Assembly: GCF_009914755.1 (NCBI RefSeq)
Contig: NC_060936.1
DNA: 64,000 bases
Origin: the human T2T-CHM13v2.0 reference genome, Homo sapiens
Direction: 5' to 3' (one strand)
The notes beneath the pieces are model-generated. The model saw nothing but the letters and a program-made list of their open reading frames with translations, searched no databases and was not told the origin of the DNA. Shown piece by piece: positions 27,620 to 42,478 of this stretch (position 1 is the first letter of the stretch; the number at the start of each line of letters is the position of its first letter). The position numbers and the translations under genes were made by a program.

Positions 27620-28482
27620 GTCAGGCTAAAACTCTAGGCATTATTCTTGAATCCTTCCAATCGCTTAGTTAGTTCTACCTACAAAACATGTCTTGAATCC
27701 TTCCAATCGCATAGTTAGTTCTACCTACAAAACATGTCTTGATTTTATCCATTTCTCTTTATTGCTGCTACTATTACACTAGTCCAATAGTAGTCCCTAT
27801 TCATTCTTTCCTAGACTACTGCAATATTATCCTAACTGATCTCTTTCCCTCTACTCTTGCCTCCCCAATAGCCCACTTTCCAGGTGGTAGCTAGAGGGAT
27901 CATTAATTATCATTAAAAATGATAAATCAGATCATGCAACTCTAATGCCCAGACCCTCCACTAACTTCCTGTTACACTTGGAATAAAATCCGAGCACCTT
28001 ATTCTTTCTTACAAACCCCTCCTTGCTTGGCTCCTTTGTACCTCTTCTTTCTCATTGTCCCTTGCTCCTCTGTTCCACATCTAGGCTCTAGCTACACTAT
28101 ATTTCTTTTCCTAGAACATGCCAGTCTCCTCTGTGCCTTAGCAGGCCATTACTTTTGTCTAGAAGGTGTATTTTTGGCTCATGGCATGACCGGTTTCTCC
28201 TTGTCATTCAGTTCTTATCTTAGATGTTACTTCTTCAAACAGTGCTTTCCTGATCATCCAACTAGTGGCCAGCTGATAACTCTCAATTACAATGCCCTAG
28301 TTTAAATCTCTGAAGAGTGTTTGTCACTCTCTGCTATGTGTATTTGATTGGTTATCTTTTCCTACCAGAATGTAAGCTCAGTTAGAGAAGGAGACTTCAG
28401 TTGTCATTATGTCCCAGGTGCAAAACAGTCTTTCATATATAAAACACACAGAGAGAATATATGATAAATGAATAAATGAATA
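27620..28482 (+). mobile_element. L2 3' region
   Basis: ctagactactgcaata, aaatcagatcatgcaactct, cttggaataaaatcc, ccagaatgtaagctc, terminal aaatgaataaatgaat. Confidence 0.85.
27645..27742. repeat. 46-bp tandem duplication (1 mismatch) inside L2
   Basis: tcttgaatccttccaatcgc(t/a)tagttagttctacctacaaaacatg twice, plus tcttga. Confidence 0.95.
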
Positions 28483-29600
28483 AGGCTAAATCAGGAAATA
28501 AGAGATCCTTACATTCATGGGTTTTACAATCTAGCAAAAAATGTACATAATCTGTTATGCTGTCAGGGTTTATGAGCGGTCGAGAAGTTAACATTTCTTA
28601 ACTTCAACCTCAAAGGTCTTTCCCACAGTCTGTGAAGCCTGTTTAGTTGCTACTACGTTAAACGCACATTCTATTTCCTTTGAATTAGGTTATATCAGCC
28701 TATTAAAAAAAAGAAATAGCTCTTAAACTACACACTGATGAAAATATGATTGTACTCTCTATTATATCCAAATAAGCAATCTGTGTCCCCAAACTCTTAG
28801 TACTGCTTTTTAAACCACAAAAGCTTTGGTAGGATGTCAAATATTTTTCCAGTGTTTAATAAAATAGTAAAGAAACATTTTCTAAAAAACTCTGTAAGAG
28901 ATTCTGGCCTGGGCTCAGGAGAGTTAGAATACTTAACATCTGTTTTGCCTGTAAATTTTGTCACCTCTGGATCCCTTTGTCCCTTGGTTTTCTCATCTAT
29001 TAAAAAAAATTACAACAGAAATCTCTTATTTTCAGGTAACACAGGAGGCAACACAGATTCTTCAAGTCTCACAGCTACTCCCTAGGGATCACTGGGGAAC
29101 TTGGAAAAAATCTATTGGCTCAGCTAGTGAGCGATCACTTCCTGTACCACTGTTCTGAGGGCGGACTTCCAGCTCAGGATCATGCGAGGGCATTTTGTAA
29201 GGTCTTATTTTTCTTAATGCTATTTTCCCCACCAGCCTGCCAGAATGTCTTAAACGTCTACCACAAGAATCGTTCCTTTGGGTTAAGAGGTTATCTCCAG
29301 GGAGACGTGTTTAAAATGAGCTCCTTGTGTAGATAACACATGAGTGCTGTTCAGCACATCTGCACGAACTGGAGTATTAGAATAGAGGTTGCCTTTCAGA
29401 AGAAAACTTGAGCTAAGGGAATGGAATATGTTATTTTCTGTTTCTTCCTTCCGTGGAGCTATTCACCCTTGAAGCAGTTACAGAGTACTTCAATAACCAA
29501 AAGCTCTGCTAGGCCGTAGGTAGAATTAGCAACAAAAAAGTAACAGCCTCTCTCTCAAGGAACTTTTGGTGTGATGGGGATGATGAGTACGTAAAAATTA

Positions 29601-29942
<342 letters not shown>

Positions 29943-30197
29943 TTATAAGGACAGGAGCAACTCAGGTAGACATAGAATAGTGGGAAGAGCTTTTTGAAGG
30001 AGATGGCATTTTCCTTGAGCTTGACTGAGACTTTGGGGAGCAAGAAGACTTTTGATAGACAGGTGAGATGACAGGAATAAGTATAGGAAAGGAGAGAGAG
30101 CTTCTTAACCTGAGAGAACAGCAAAAGCAAAGGCAGAGTGAACTTTGGTGAAAATCAGAATTTGGGAAATATTTGGAGAGTGAGCTGTTCCCTGTGA

Positions 30198-33110
30198 ATT
30201 TTTTTCATTATTGAGGTGTGATTGGCATACAATAAACTGCACCTATTTAGTGAATGCAATTTGATTAGTTATATGTATGCACCTGTGAAATCTTCACCAT
30301 AGAACATTCCATTACTTCCAAAAGTTTCCTTGTGCCCCTTAGTAATTCCTTCCTCTGACCCCCTTAGGCAACCACTGATCTGCTTTCTGCCACTATAGGT
30401 TAATTTGCATTTTACAGAGTTTTCTTTAAGTGGAATGATACAGTATACTCTTTTTTGTCGTTATGATTTCTTTAACAGCATAATTATTTTGAGATTCATT
30501 TATGTCATCTGTATCAATAGTTCATTCCTTTGTATTGCTGAATAGTATTCCATTGTCTGGATATACCACGATTTATCTGTCTATTTACCTATTAGTGGGA
30601 ATTTGAGTTGTTTCCAGCTTATGGCCATTATAGTTAAAGCTGTATGAACATCCATGTACAAATCTTTACATGGATGTATGCAGCTGTACCATTTCACATT
30701 CCCATTAGCAGTGATGTTGAGTGTTTTTTCGTATACCTGCTGGTCATTTGTATGTCTTCTTTGGAGATGTCTATTCAAGTTCCATTTTTAAATTGGATTA
30801 TTTTATTTTATTTTTTTTACTATTGAGTTGTAGGCATTCCTTATATAGCCTGGATATTAACCCCTTATCCACAGGTTGCCTTTTCACTTTGTTGATTATT
30901 TCCTTTGCTATACAGAAGCTGTTTAGTATGATACAGTCCTGCTTGTTTTTTTTGTTTTTGTTGCCTGTGCTTCTGATGTCATATTCATGAAACCATTGTC
31001 AAGACCAATATTATAAAACTTTTCCCTTCATTTTCTTCTAAGTTTTACGATCTCTTGTCTTATATTTGTCTTTAATGCAGTCTGAGGTTGATTTTTGTGT
31101 ATGGTGTTAGATAAGGGTACGATTTCATTCCTTTGCATATGTCTATTCCGTTTTCCCAAACCCACTTGTTGAAGACATATTCTCTCTTCATTGTGTATTA
31201 TTAGCATCCTTGTCAGAGATCAAACATTCTTACCTTGTCTTGACCTTAAGGGAAAGCATTGTCTTTTACCAGTGTTATGGGATGAGTTTTGTTCCCCTTT
31301 GCCAAATTCACATATTTAAGTCCTAACCCCATATATATGTGGATTTATTTCTGTCTTTTGACCATTTTTAAATTGGATTTTTTAAAAATTGAGTTTTGAG
31401 AGTTCTTTGGATACAAGTCTTTTGTTGGCAATGGGATTTACAGTGTTTTTCTCCAGGCTGTGGCTCGTCTTTTAATTGTTTAAGAAATGTTTTTGAGGTG
31501 CATGCATTTCTAATTTTGATAAATTATAGTTTATTAATGTTTCTTTTTATGGATAGTCATATCTATATTTTTTTGTATCTAAGAAATCTTTGCCTAATCC
31601 AAAGTCACAAAGATTTTCATTTTTTTAAAGAAGGTTTGTGGTTTTTGATTTTACATTTAGGTCTATAATTCATTTTGAGTTTATTTTTGTATATTATATG
31701 AGATTTGAATTAAAATTTATTTCTCTTAATGTTCTGTTTGTTGAAAATGGTACCATTTGTTGAAAGACGATCTTGTCTTTGCTGAATTGCCTTTGCATTT
31801 TCTCAAAAATCAGTTGTCCACATATGGGTAGAAGTAATCATGGTTTTTTGTTCTGTTTCATTGGTCTATTTAAGTATCTTTAGTAAATAAAGACAGCTTT
31901 GTTTTTATGTCTTGAAATCAGAATTATTTAGTCAACTTTGTTCTTCCTTTTCAATTTATTTTGGCTACTCTAGGCACTTTGCATTTTCAGAATCAGTTTG
32001 TCAGTTTCTACGGAAAAGCCAGCTGAGTTCTCATTGGGATTGAGTTGAATCTATAGATTAATTTAATGGGAGTTGACATCCTGACAATAGTGGTCTCTAA
32101 TCAATAAAAAATTTATAGCCATTTATTTGGGTTTTCTTTAAGTTCCCTTAGCAATGTTTTCTTGTTTTCATTGTACAGATCTTGCACAAATTGTATGAGA
32201 TTTATTCCTAAGTATTTCATGGCTTTTGATCCTGGTATAAATTGTATTTTTTAAGTTTCAAAATTGTATTTTTATATTTTAAAAATACAATCCTAAATTG
32301 TATTTTTTGATTGTTCATTGGCGGTACATATACATTCATTTGAATTTTCCTTTCCTATTTAAATATCTTCTATTTATTTTTTCCTGCCTTACTGAAATGA
32401 CTAGAACCTCTAGTACAATGTTGAATAAAGTAGTGAGAGCAAATATTCTTGCCTTGTCCTGACCTTAAGGGAAAGCATTGTCTTTTACCATCGTTATGGG
32501 ATGAGTTTTGTTCCCCCTCACCAAATTCATATTTAAGTCCTAACCTCCAGTACCTCAAGATGTGACTATTTGCAGAGAGAGCTCTTAAGAATGCAAATAA
32601 GGTAAAATTAGGACATGGGTGGGCCCTAATCCAATATAACTGGGGTCTTTATAAGAAGACATTAGGACCTAGGTATGTGTAAGTGCAGAGGAAAGACAAT
32701 GTGAAGACAGAGAGAGAAGAGAGCCATCTGCAAGTCAAGGAAAGAAGCCTCAGAATGAAACTAGCCATAATCTTAGACCTTGATCTTGGACTTCCAGCCT
32801 TCAGAACTGTGAGAAAATTAATTTTTGTTGTTTAAGCCACCCAGTCTGTAGTATTGTAATATGGCAGCCCTAAAAAATGAATATAACCATTAAGTATGAT
32901 GTTAGCTGTAGGTTTTTTTGTAGATGCCTGTTATCGGGTTTAGACAGTTCTATTTTATTCCTAGTTTGCTGAAAGTTTTTTTTTAATATATATATATCAG
33001 GAATGTACGTAGGATTTGTCAATGCTTTTCTGAATATATTGAGAAGACCATATGGTTTTTATTTTTTAGTTTGTTAATATGGTGAATCAAATGGATTGCA
33101 ACAGTGATTT
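30198..33110 (-). mobile_element. Composite old L1: L1MC/ME-like host plus L1MA/MB-like segment at ~30680-31355
   Basis: Antisense L1 3'UTR and ORF2 sequence throughout. The segment beginning ccatttttaaattggatt occurs twice (30782, 31362) in two differently aged versions. Confidence 0.8.
32492..32885 (+). mobile_element. MLT1B-like MaLR solo LTR nested in L1
   Basis: gttatggg...gggtgggccctaatccaat...cttgatcttggacttccagccttcagaactgtgag. Perfect 5-bp TSD accat (32487-32491, 32886-32890). Confidence 0.9.
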
Positions 33111-34225
33111 AATATGCCATAAAAATTCTTATGTTCAGGAATTAATGATATTTTCAGCTCTTCCTATGGTATAAATGAAGACAAAAATGTAATTAGCCAC
33201 AACGCAGCCTATGTAGATTGGTAAAACTCTCAGCAGGGTTTCATAAACTAAAAAGGAAGCAGTGAGATTGGATGATGAATACTTATACCCAAAATTGATC
33301 GTAATCTGAACCCTCAATTTGTTAAAAACTTTCTGAACTTGGCTTTAAAATAGAAAGAGGATAATAGGAAATGAGGACTGTAGCAAAAGCAAATAAAACC
33401 CACATATTTAAAATATGATCTAGAGCTTAGTTTGCTTTTTGTTAAATTTCTTATATATACCTATGTTCTTAATAGGTATGTGAAGAACAGGTACTTGTGC
33501 AGGAGATAGTTAAGGAGCCTCAGGAAAATGTCTTCCTTCTCTACCAAAATACCCACAATGTTTTATTAGCAGTTTATTTCTTTGGTTTAGCTTTGTCTCT
33601 TTTAAAATTTGATTTCATCTGGAGAACCAACACTTTGGGCTGTTGAGTGTTCACTAACAGTTTCTGTTGATTTACTTTTCCTCAGGGCTATTTGGCTGAG
33701 GTCAGAGCACTAAGGATCTAAGCATTTTATTCAACGAGGGAAGGATAATCGTGAAGCATAGAATAATCTGATTATAGGACACATCTGGCTAAGGGGTGGG
33801 GCTAGGAGCTGGTAGGAAGAAGAAAATGACTCATTCTAGGAGATAGGCTGATGTGTAGAAAGGGAAATGGGAAATCATTTAAGGTGTTATTGAATGAAAC
33901 ACTTATGTGTGGTGACTCGTTTGCCAGGCTTGTGTCTGGACATAGGTATGAATAGACAGTACCTTTAAGTGAAAGCGAGGATGGAAGTGGAGGTGAGAAA
34001 GGGTGTGAGGGAGAAGCAGGGAGATTGAGTGGAAACAAGAGAGTAATGTTAAGTGTCAAGACTGGTTACAGAGGTATATTCAAACTCAGGCTGGAGCATA
34101 GTGGAGGCAGTTGCTGAGAGGGTGGCAGAAAGAGGGAGTTGGTTAAGAAAGCCTTGGAGAGGAGGAAACAGATGAGTAGTTGTAGTACAGCTTTAAGGAT
34201 GACCTGATATTTCCATAGGATATTT

Positions 34226-34353
34226 ATTTATTTATTTTCAATTTACTTTTAGTTTTTAAAAAATTTTTGTGGGTACATAGTAAGTGTATATATTTATAGG
34301 GTAACTGGGATGTTTTGATACAGGCATGCCATGTGAAAGAAGCACATCGCCTC
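34226..34353 (-). mobile_element. Short L1MA-type 3' end
   Basis: T-rich tail plus ttttgtgggtacatagtaagtgtatatatttataggg...gatacaggcatgc. TSD aggatattt on both sides. Confidence 0.8.
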
Positions 34354-34764
34354 AGGATATTTCATCATAAAGGAAGATCAAATTATTTTCTGTGTTCTGT
34401 GTTTACTAGGTCAAGATGCTAAAAATAAAAGAGTTTGTAGGAAGAGTGGAATATCCATGTAACACTTGGGGGATCAGTCTATTGGCCCCAGTCTCTGAGT
34501 ATTTTGGTTAATTGAAGACTCATTAATATTGGATCAACTTTAACCCATTAATGATGTTTATTGCTAACCGTGTGCACAATGACATAGTATAATAAAGTAC
34601 TGTAAGGGCAAGGGCACTGAGCTATGTCATCTGGGCTCAAATTCTGCTACCACCTGTTATTACTTGTGTGACTTTGGGAAAATTATCCTTTCTTTGCTCA
34701 GTTTCCCATCTGGGAAATGAGGTTAATAGAATTTTTCTTTCCTTTTTTTTCTAAATGAGGATCA

Positions 34765-35371
<607 letters not shown>

Positions 35372-35438
35372 TTAACATAATGCCTAGCACATATAGACAC
35401 TCAATAAGTATGTATTTTTATTATAGTTTGCCTGTGGA

Positions 35439-35590
35439 ATATATATATATATGTAAAACCATATATAAAATATTTGTATTGATATTTACGTGTGTGTGTC
35501 TGTATATATATATATACACATGTGTGTGTCTATATAGACACACATAGAGGGAAGAAGAGAGAGAGAATGAGACAGAAAGAGAGAGAGAAT
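35439..35590. repeat. (TA)n/(TG)n/(GA)n low-complexity tract
   Basis: Directly visible. Confidence 0.85.
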
Positions 35591-35894
35591 GAGTATCAGT
35601 AGAGAACATGGGTTTGCAGGAAAGGCAGAACTAAGTTAAAATCTTGATTCTGTTAGGTACTTACTGAGCCTCAGTTGTTTTTTGATTGCGCAATGGATAT
35701 AATAAACTTTTTGGGGTTATTGTGAGAGTTAAGTGACAAAATATACAAAATTGCCTAATCAATTATCTGGTTATTAGTGGACACTTAATGGCTGTCTATT
35801 GTTATTACATATTTTTAAATAGTCATCTCTAATCATATTTTTGTTGGAATGATCCTCATAAAACTATTGCCAGGAAACAATAAAGAAGTATTCT

Positions 35895-36217
<323 letters not shown>

Positions 36218-36419
36218 TTAGTAATTTCCTTTATATGCTATAGACTGGGCCAAAATTAACTTTAAAAAATGTTCATTTTTATCTAGGGAGTTTCAAGCAA
36301 GAGAGAATTGAAAGCATGATGTATGGTAATATGATTGAAGCACTTAGCTACAAACTAGCCTTTTATTGACTGAATCTTACAAATATATTTATTTGTTTTT
36401 TTAAACATTTATGTGGATC

Positions 36420-37790
36420 TCTAATCAATGGGGAGAAGAAGGAGTAAGTTTCATTAAACAATATCGATATTGGGATGATAAGATAGTTTACTGGGAAAAA
36501 ATAAAGTTTAATCCATAGCTCACATAGTATATTGTGAAAAACTTCAAATGTATTAAAGGTATAAATGTAATATATGAAACCATAAAAGTAATACAGTAGA
36601 AGAAAAAAATGGGTGAATTACTTTTTAGCTTTGGAGTAGGGAAGCATTTCTAATATGATTAAGAATTCAGAAATCATAAAAGAAGAAACTGATAAATTTG
36701 ACCACATTACTGTATATATATATATATATATATAGTTTATATATCATTCTATATAGTTTATATATGTAGTTTTTGATTATACATATATAAGTTTGATTAT
36801 ATACAGATATCTGTATATAATCTGTATATAAAAACTACTATAGATAAAAACTATCATAAGCAAATTAAAAGATGAATAACACATTGGGAAAAAATCAGCT
36901 TAAAATTTACAATAAGATTTGCAACTCTTATAATTTTTATTATGAATTAAAAAATTAATCTCCCTAATATTTGCAGAGATCCTAGAAGTTGATAAGAAAA
37001 AGACTAGATGTGTTTTCTTAAAGTGGATAAATAATATGAACAGACTCTTCACAGGAAAGGAAATAGAACTTGGCCTTTAAGACGTAAAAAATGTTCAAAC
37101 TCGCTCAGAATAAGACAAATGCAAATTAAACTGAAAAGCATTTTTTTTTTTTACTTATTGGTTTAAAATGGCACAATAACTATAAAATACAATTTAGTAT
37201 TACCTATCAAAATTATAAATGCATTTTCCCTTGGACCCAGAAATTTTGCTTATGAAATTTATCCTATACATAAAACTGCAAACACAAATAATGAGTTATA
37301 GGAAAGCTTATTTGTTGTAACCTTGTTTCTAATACAAAAGGTTGATAATAACCTAACTGTCCATCAATAGAAGACTGATTAAACAAATGGTGGTCCTTCC
37401 CCTACAATGTAATACAAGGTAGCTCTAAAAAAGAAAAAGAAATTCCCTATATACTGAGATGGAAAGTTTTTCCCTTCTATTGGGTGGTAAAAACAAAAAA
37501 GAACTGAAAGAGTATATTTCATATTCTATATTTTGTATAAGACAGTGGGAAGAATGTGAATATAAATGGGAAGAATATGAATATATATTTACATTTGATT
37601 ATAATTGCATAAAGAAACTCTGAACAGATACGCAAGAAACTAATAAAATGGGTTACCTTTGGAGGTGGCAGGTGGTGAACAGGGCAGATAAAAGCAGGGG
37701 TGGGAGTGAGGCCTTTTACTGCATTGTTTTTAATGTTTTACTTTATAACCAGGTACATTTATTATCTACTCAAAAGTAAAATAAAATAAA
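36420..37790 (+). mobile_element. Old L1 (L1MC/ME-like) 3' region with internal AT-rich palindromic tract
   Basis: gaaaccataaaagta...tggagtagggaagcatttcta...atgcaaattaaa...cccttggacccagaaatt...aactgtccatcaatagaagactg, ending in an A-rich tail. Confidence 0.8.
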
Positions 37791-39651
37791 CTTAATTTGT
37801 CTTTTGAATCAATAGTTGTAATCTTTCCACAGTCATGGGAAGCTACAGATAATCAGTTATTTTTCTTGAATTAGTTTAGTTTTGCCACTTCCCATTTCCT
37901 CTTATTATTAATTTTCCACAGTCTCAGAAAACATAATGAATTCAGACCCCATCAGGAGATGACGATGTGGTCCAGTGGGCCACAGGCAAACTTGGACCAA
38001 TTAAAAAATTTTCCTTCATATCCCTTAATAATTTCAATTTCCTTTGTTAATCCTATTTCCCTAAAAAAGCAAATCACTCAGAGGGTGCTAATTTAGCATT
38101 GGTTGTAGACAGGCACACTGGACGGGCAATTGCGTTAGAGTAAGTTCTAGCGTAAGTTGTCTTATGACAAACTAGATCATTTCTTACATGATTATTCATT
38201 TACGATTGGAAATAGTGCTCCATGTCATGTATGGAGTTCAAGAATTGGCAAAGGGAAAAGAGATTTTACTATGAGATATTTTACTGGAAAAGGCCAAGTG
38301 TTTGATATTTTTGGCCTACAAAGCTGATTAGCTCAGTAGAGTCAAACAACAGATTTAATTTTATCAAATTAATCTATGTTAAATGTACAGAATTAAAAAT
38401 GATTTTTTTTCTATTTATTAATGTCTTAAATGTTACCCCTTGTACTTTAAAATAAAATGCAAGGCTCAACCTTATGATTGAAAGATTAGATGAGGCTTGA
38501 ACCAGTAAAAATAGATTTTTTAAAGGAAAAGTTATTTTGAGTGGAGTGCTAGCTGTACTAGACAAATTCAGTCGGGCCTCCTCTTCAGTCTTGTCAAAGC
38601 TTAGCACAGTCCAGAAGGCACTAGTGTGTATGCCAAAAAATCAGAGCAGCAGCAGTTAAAAAAAATAAGTGCACTAAGAAATATTAAATGGAAAGCCAAT
38701 GCCTATAAATAAAGAGGCAAGTGAGCACTAATCAATCATAAGTAACTGAACAGAAAATAGGAGTTGGAAGGGTGAGAGAGATTTCACATACAACATATGA
38801 GACTAGATACAAATGATTTAATTAAACTGTGTTCCTTCTACACAAGACTCAAAATCTCTAAATGTTAAGAAAAACTGGAGTATAGAAATGCAACGTCTTG
38901 CTTTGCAATCTATAGCGGATGAGTAGCAAGGCATATGCCAACAGCAGAAATAGAAGCAGTTGATGAATCCTGGGTGAGTGGAGTGTTTCATTATCTGTGT
39001 CTGTTTCTTGCTATTCGTCTCAGATTTATTGCTCTCACTAAGGGACCAAACCCTGTTCACTATGAACAGTAGCACCCACCACACACTTGGAGGTTGGGGT
39101 AAAAATCATTAAACAGAATATAAAACTAACTTGAATGAATATTGAATAAATGCAACTCAAAGTTAAAATAATTTAACTAATAAATAAAATAAGTGTTACA
39201 GCAACCAGAGGGAAGGTAGGAGGAAGGGGAGAGGAAGAAGGTTGGTCAGCACAAGTGTGAGGAGAGAAAAAAAGGCATTCATGGCTGTCTACCCACCAGC
39301 CTCAAAAAAAAAAAAGGAAGTTAACGCTAGACATTGTCTAGTTGACCTTAAAGGCAAGTCTTGTCTTAAGTAATTACTTATGCTGCTCAGCAGAATTGGA
39401 CCATATGGCCTTCTCTCTAGAAGGGAACATGAATCTTTTCAAGTAAGAGGCCCACTCAGCCCTACGACATTTAGATTCCAAGAAATAGATAAGGTTTATA
39501 AAAATAAGCTCTACTGGCTTCTTGGATATCCATGATTTTATGTCTTGAATTAAGTCAGAAAAAAATGGAATTATTCTCTCTCATATACACTTAGGTTTTA
39601 AAATAAAGGGGATTTGAAATTCTGGAATTAAAATCTGAGAGATTTTCTAAG

Positions 39652-39737
39652 ATCTATATCTATATTTATGTCTATGTCTATGTCTATGTCTACGTCTATG
39701 TCTATGTCTATGTCTAGGTCTGTCTGTGTCTCTCTAT
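39652..39737. repeat. (TCTATG)n hexanucleotide microsatellite
   Basis: Directly visible. Confidence 0.92.
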
Positions 39738-40522
39738 ATCACTGCTATTGTTCATTCTCAATTCTATGAAACGAGAGAATGTGGTGACATACCAGAGACC
39801 GGAATGAGTTTTACTCTATCACAAACACAGGAAAGCATAAGGCAAAATCCATATATCAAAAGCAAAAATCAGTTTTCCAACCTAATAAATGACAGCCAAC
39901 ATGCTGAAGGAAAGAGGGTTATTTTTAAAAGCAAAGATGATTTTGATGGTGAGTAGCTCTGATAATGGTTAGCAAAAATGGCTCATGGGAAAGGCGCACA
40001 TACTGCTAATAGATTGACTGAAAAGAAAAACATTATTATTGGTGTTTTTCCCCCCTACCAGATCCAGTGATATCACTACTGCAATCTGTTATTTATATAG
40101 AAAGGCAGTAAACAGTGGAAAGGAGAGTATCTGTACGGGAACATCTTCTCTGAGAAGTTGCTTGAAAAATAAGCATGTGATGAACATGTGAAAAGCATTT
40201 ATGCAGTTGGCAGCATATAAATTCTCAGAACAGTAGGGGATAAAAATGGGGCAGATAAAGAAAACTAAGGATTAGATCCAGATAAACAATGGGACGTTTG
40301 TAACATATTTGTTTAACAAAAGACTGAGGATATAAGCATACACCTTAAATGAAACCTAGCCTGAAATAAAAATTTAAAAATTAGATTTAGACTAAACATT
40401 TTAAGACTCTAAAATTTTACTTTAGCTTATATTGTAATTTACAACTAACAGGAGGGTATGGCTGTATCTTATTTCTATGCCTCAAAACAACTAAACAAAC
40501 CCTCCCTGGAAGACCAGTTTAT

Positions 40523-40738
40523 ATTCAGGCTTTTCGACTTTGGTACTATTGACCTTGTGTGCCAGATATGGCTTAGTTGTGGAGGACTGAGCTGTCCATT
40601 TTAGGATGGTTAACAGCATCCCTGGCCTCTACCCACTATGTGCCCGTAGTATCACTACAGTTATGACAACTAATAAAATATCCCGATATTGCCAAGTGTC
40701 CCCTGTGTGGCAAAATCTCCCTTAGTTGAGAACCACTG
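40523..40738 (+). mobile_element. MER20 hAT-Charlie element
   Basis: ggtactattgac...cagcatccctggcctctacccacta...gttgagaaccactg. Confidence 0.9.
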
Positions 40739-42478
40739 CTCTGTATCTATCACTTACCAGAAAATAAAGCAAATCTAAGAGTTGTAAAATGGCCTTTCCG
40801 ATGAATATGTACTTTAAAAATCATGAATTTAGGTTTAAAATGAATGTGTAGGAACAGCGTGAGTGATCATACAAATCAATAGGTTGAGAACATTTCTTTA
40901 GTGAAGAAAAATACTCAGATGAAATCTTCCACACAAATGCATCACTCTAAACATATTTTGTTTTCCAATTGTTCCCTTTCCCTATTGGCATATTATATAG
41001 GCGAAATTCTCCCTTCCTGATCCCCAGGTGTAGCAAAAAGTGCCTTCTAAATGAGAAGTCTTGAATATTTGTTATTTTTTTTTCCCAGAGGAAAGCTAGA
41101 TTTTCACCTTCCCCTTTCACTTCCCTCTTGGGCTAATTAATACACATCAGAAGTGCTGGGGCAAGTGGATGTCATCAGAAAACCGCTCAATTCCTTTGCC
41201 TCATTGCCTGGCAAATCTGCTCTCTAGGACAAGTGACATTCTTTCTGGTCACTGTTGGCAATAAAAGTTGTTCTGGTCACTGTATTCTCAGTTTAGTAAT
41301 TGATACTGTCAGTTCAGTGTCATAATCAAAATGTGTAATTTTATTGAAATTTCCCTCTATCACACTTTGTGTCTGAGACTTGGCTTCCTGTAGTTAGAAT
41401 AGCATGGTCAGTTTCTTTTCTATTTCTGCCTAGAGGTTCTATTCCACTTACTAGGCTGATTTCTGGACTGTCTTAGAATTGCAGCAGGAAAATGAGTAGC
41501 CACAGGCAGCAGAAAGGTTTGACTTGACATACAATTGTTGGCAGAGTCAACACCATCTGAGGTTTCTCTTAGGATGCTTTTTATGAGTTCTTTGGGAATT
41601 ACCCTCTCCCCTCCCAAACCCTTGACTCTGGCTGGCTCCTTGCTAACTCCTTGCTTAGCCCCTAGGTATATAGTGGTGCCCTGTGCCTCCAGACGACTTG
41701 GTTTAGCAGACTCTGAGACAACTCCAAGATAGCTCCCCTTGCACAGCCCATGTATGGAAAGCAGGAAATACTCAAGCATGTATTGCCTGACAAACCTTGA
41801 ATGTAAAGGGCACCCCCAGTGCTGCTCACTCTCTTTATTCCAACAGTGGAGCCACCAGCAAGCCACAGCCATTCACCCTTTAGAGTTTACATCCCAGAGT
41901 ATTCCCCATGCTGTCAGAGACACACATCAAAACTCCAAGGGATCCTATGAAGCCTATTCCTTAGGCTTGAGAGGAGGAGCAAACTTAGGCACCTTCCCCA
42001 AGGAGGTGCATGGTATGACTCACAAGCTAGCTTTCTTCAAAGAAATCCTTCTCCAGGTTCCTACTTTACCCTTTTATACCGTCGAAATACACTTTTCAAA
42101 AATGTTAAAAGCCTAATTCTCATACAAATATGCAGTGAGCACATGCCAAAGATTTATGTTACTCATAACTGAGTGATGAAAATGAGGGATGGTTCAGTTG
42201 AGGATAAGAGATACCGAAGCATGTAAGTATAATAAGGTTGGTGAAAGAAAGAATGCTGAAACAAGATAGAAAAGTTAGATACAAAACTGGCTAATGTCTT
42301 ATGGAGCAATGAAATGGTATCTTTTGGCATTATTTTTTTCTATCAGGCAGAAATCATTTTCATCTCTACTGAACAAAAATAATTTGTAATTTATTAATCA
42401 TCTTCAACTGGGTATCTAATGTGTCACAGATTCCCGGCCCCAAGCTAAGGTAAAGAGAAAAGGTATCTTGCTCTAGAG

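Noticed and set aside
41420-41872. 150-aa minus-strand ORF and overlapping plus-strand ORFs
   Set aside because: No recognisable domain, no ATG start, no convincing splice context; length is compatible with chance in a 64-kb six-frame scan.
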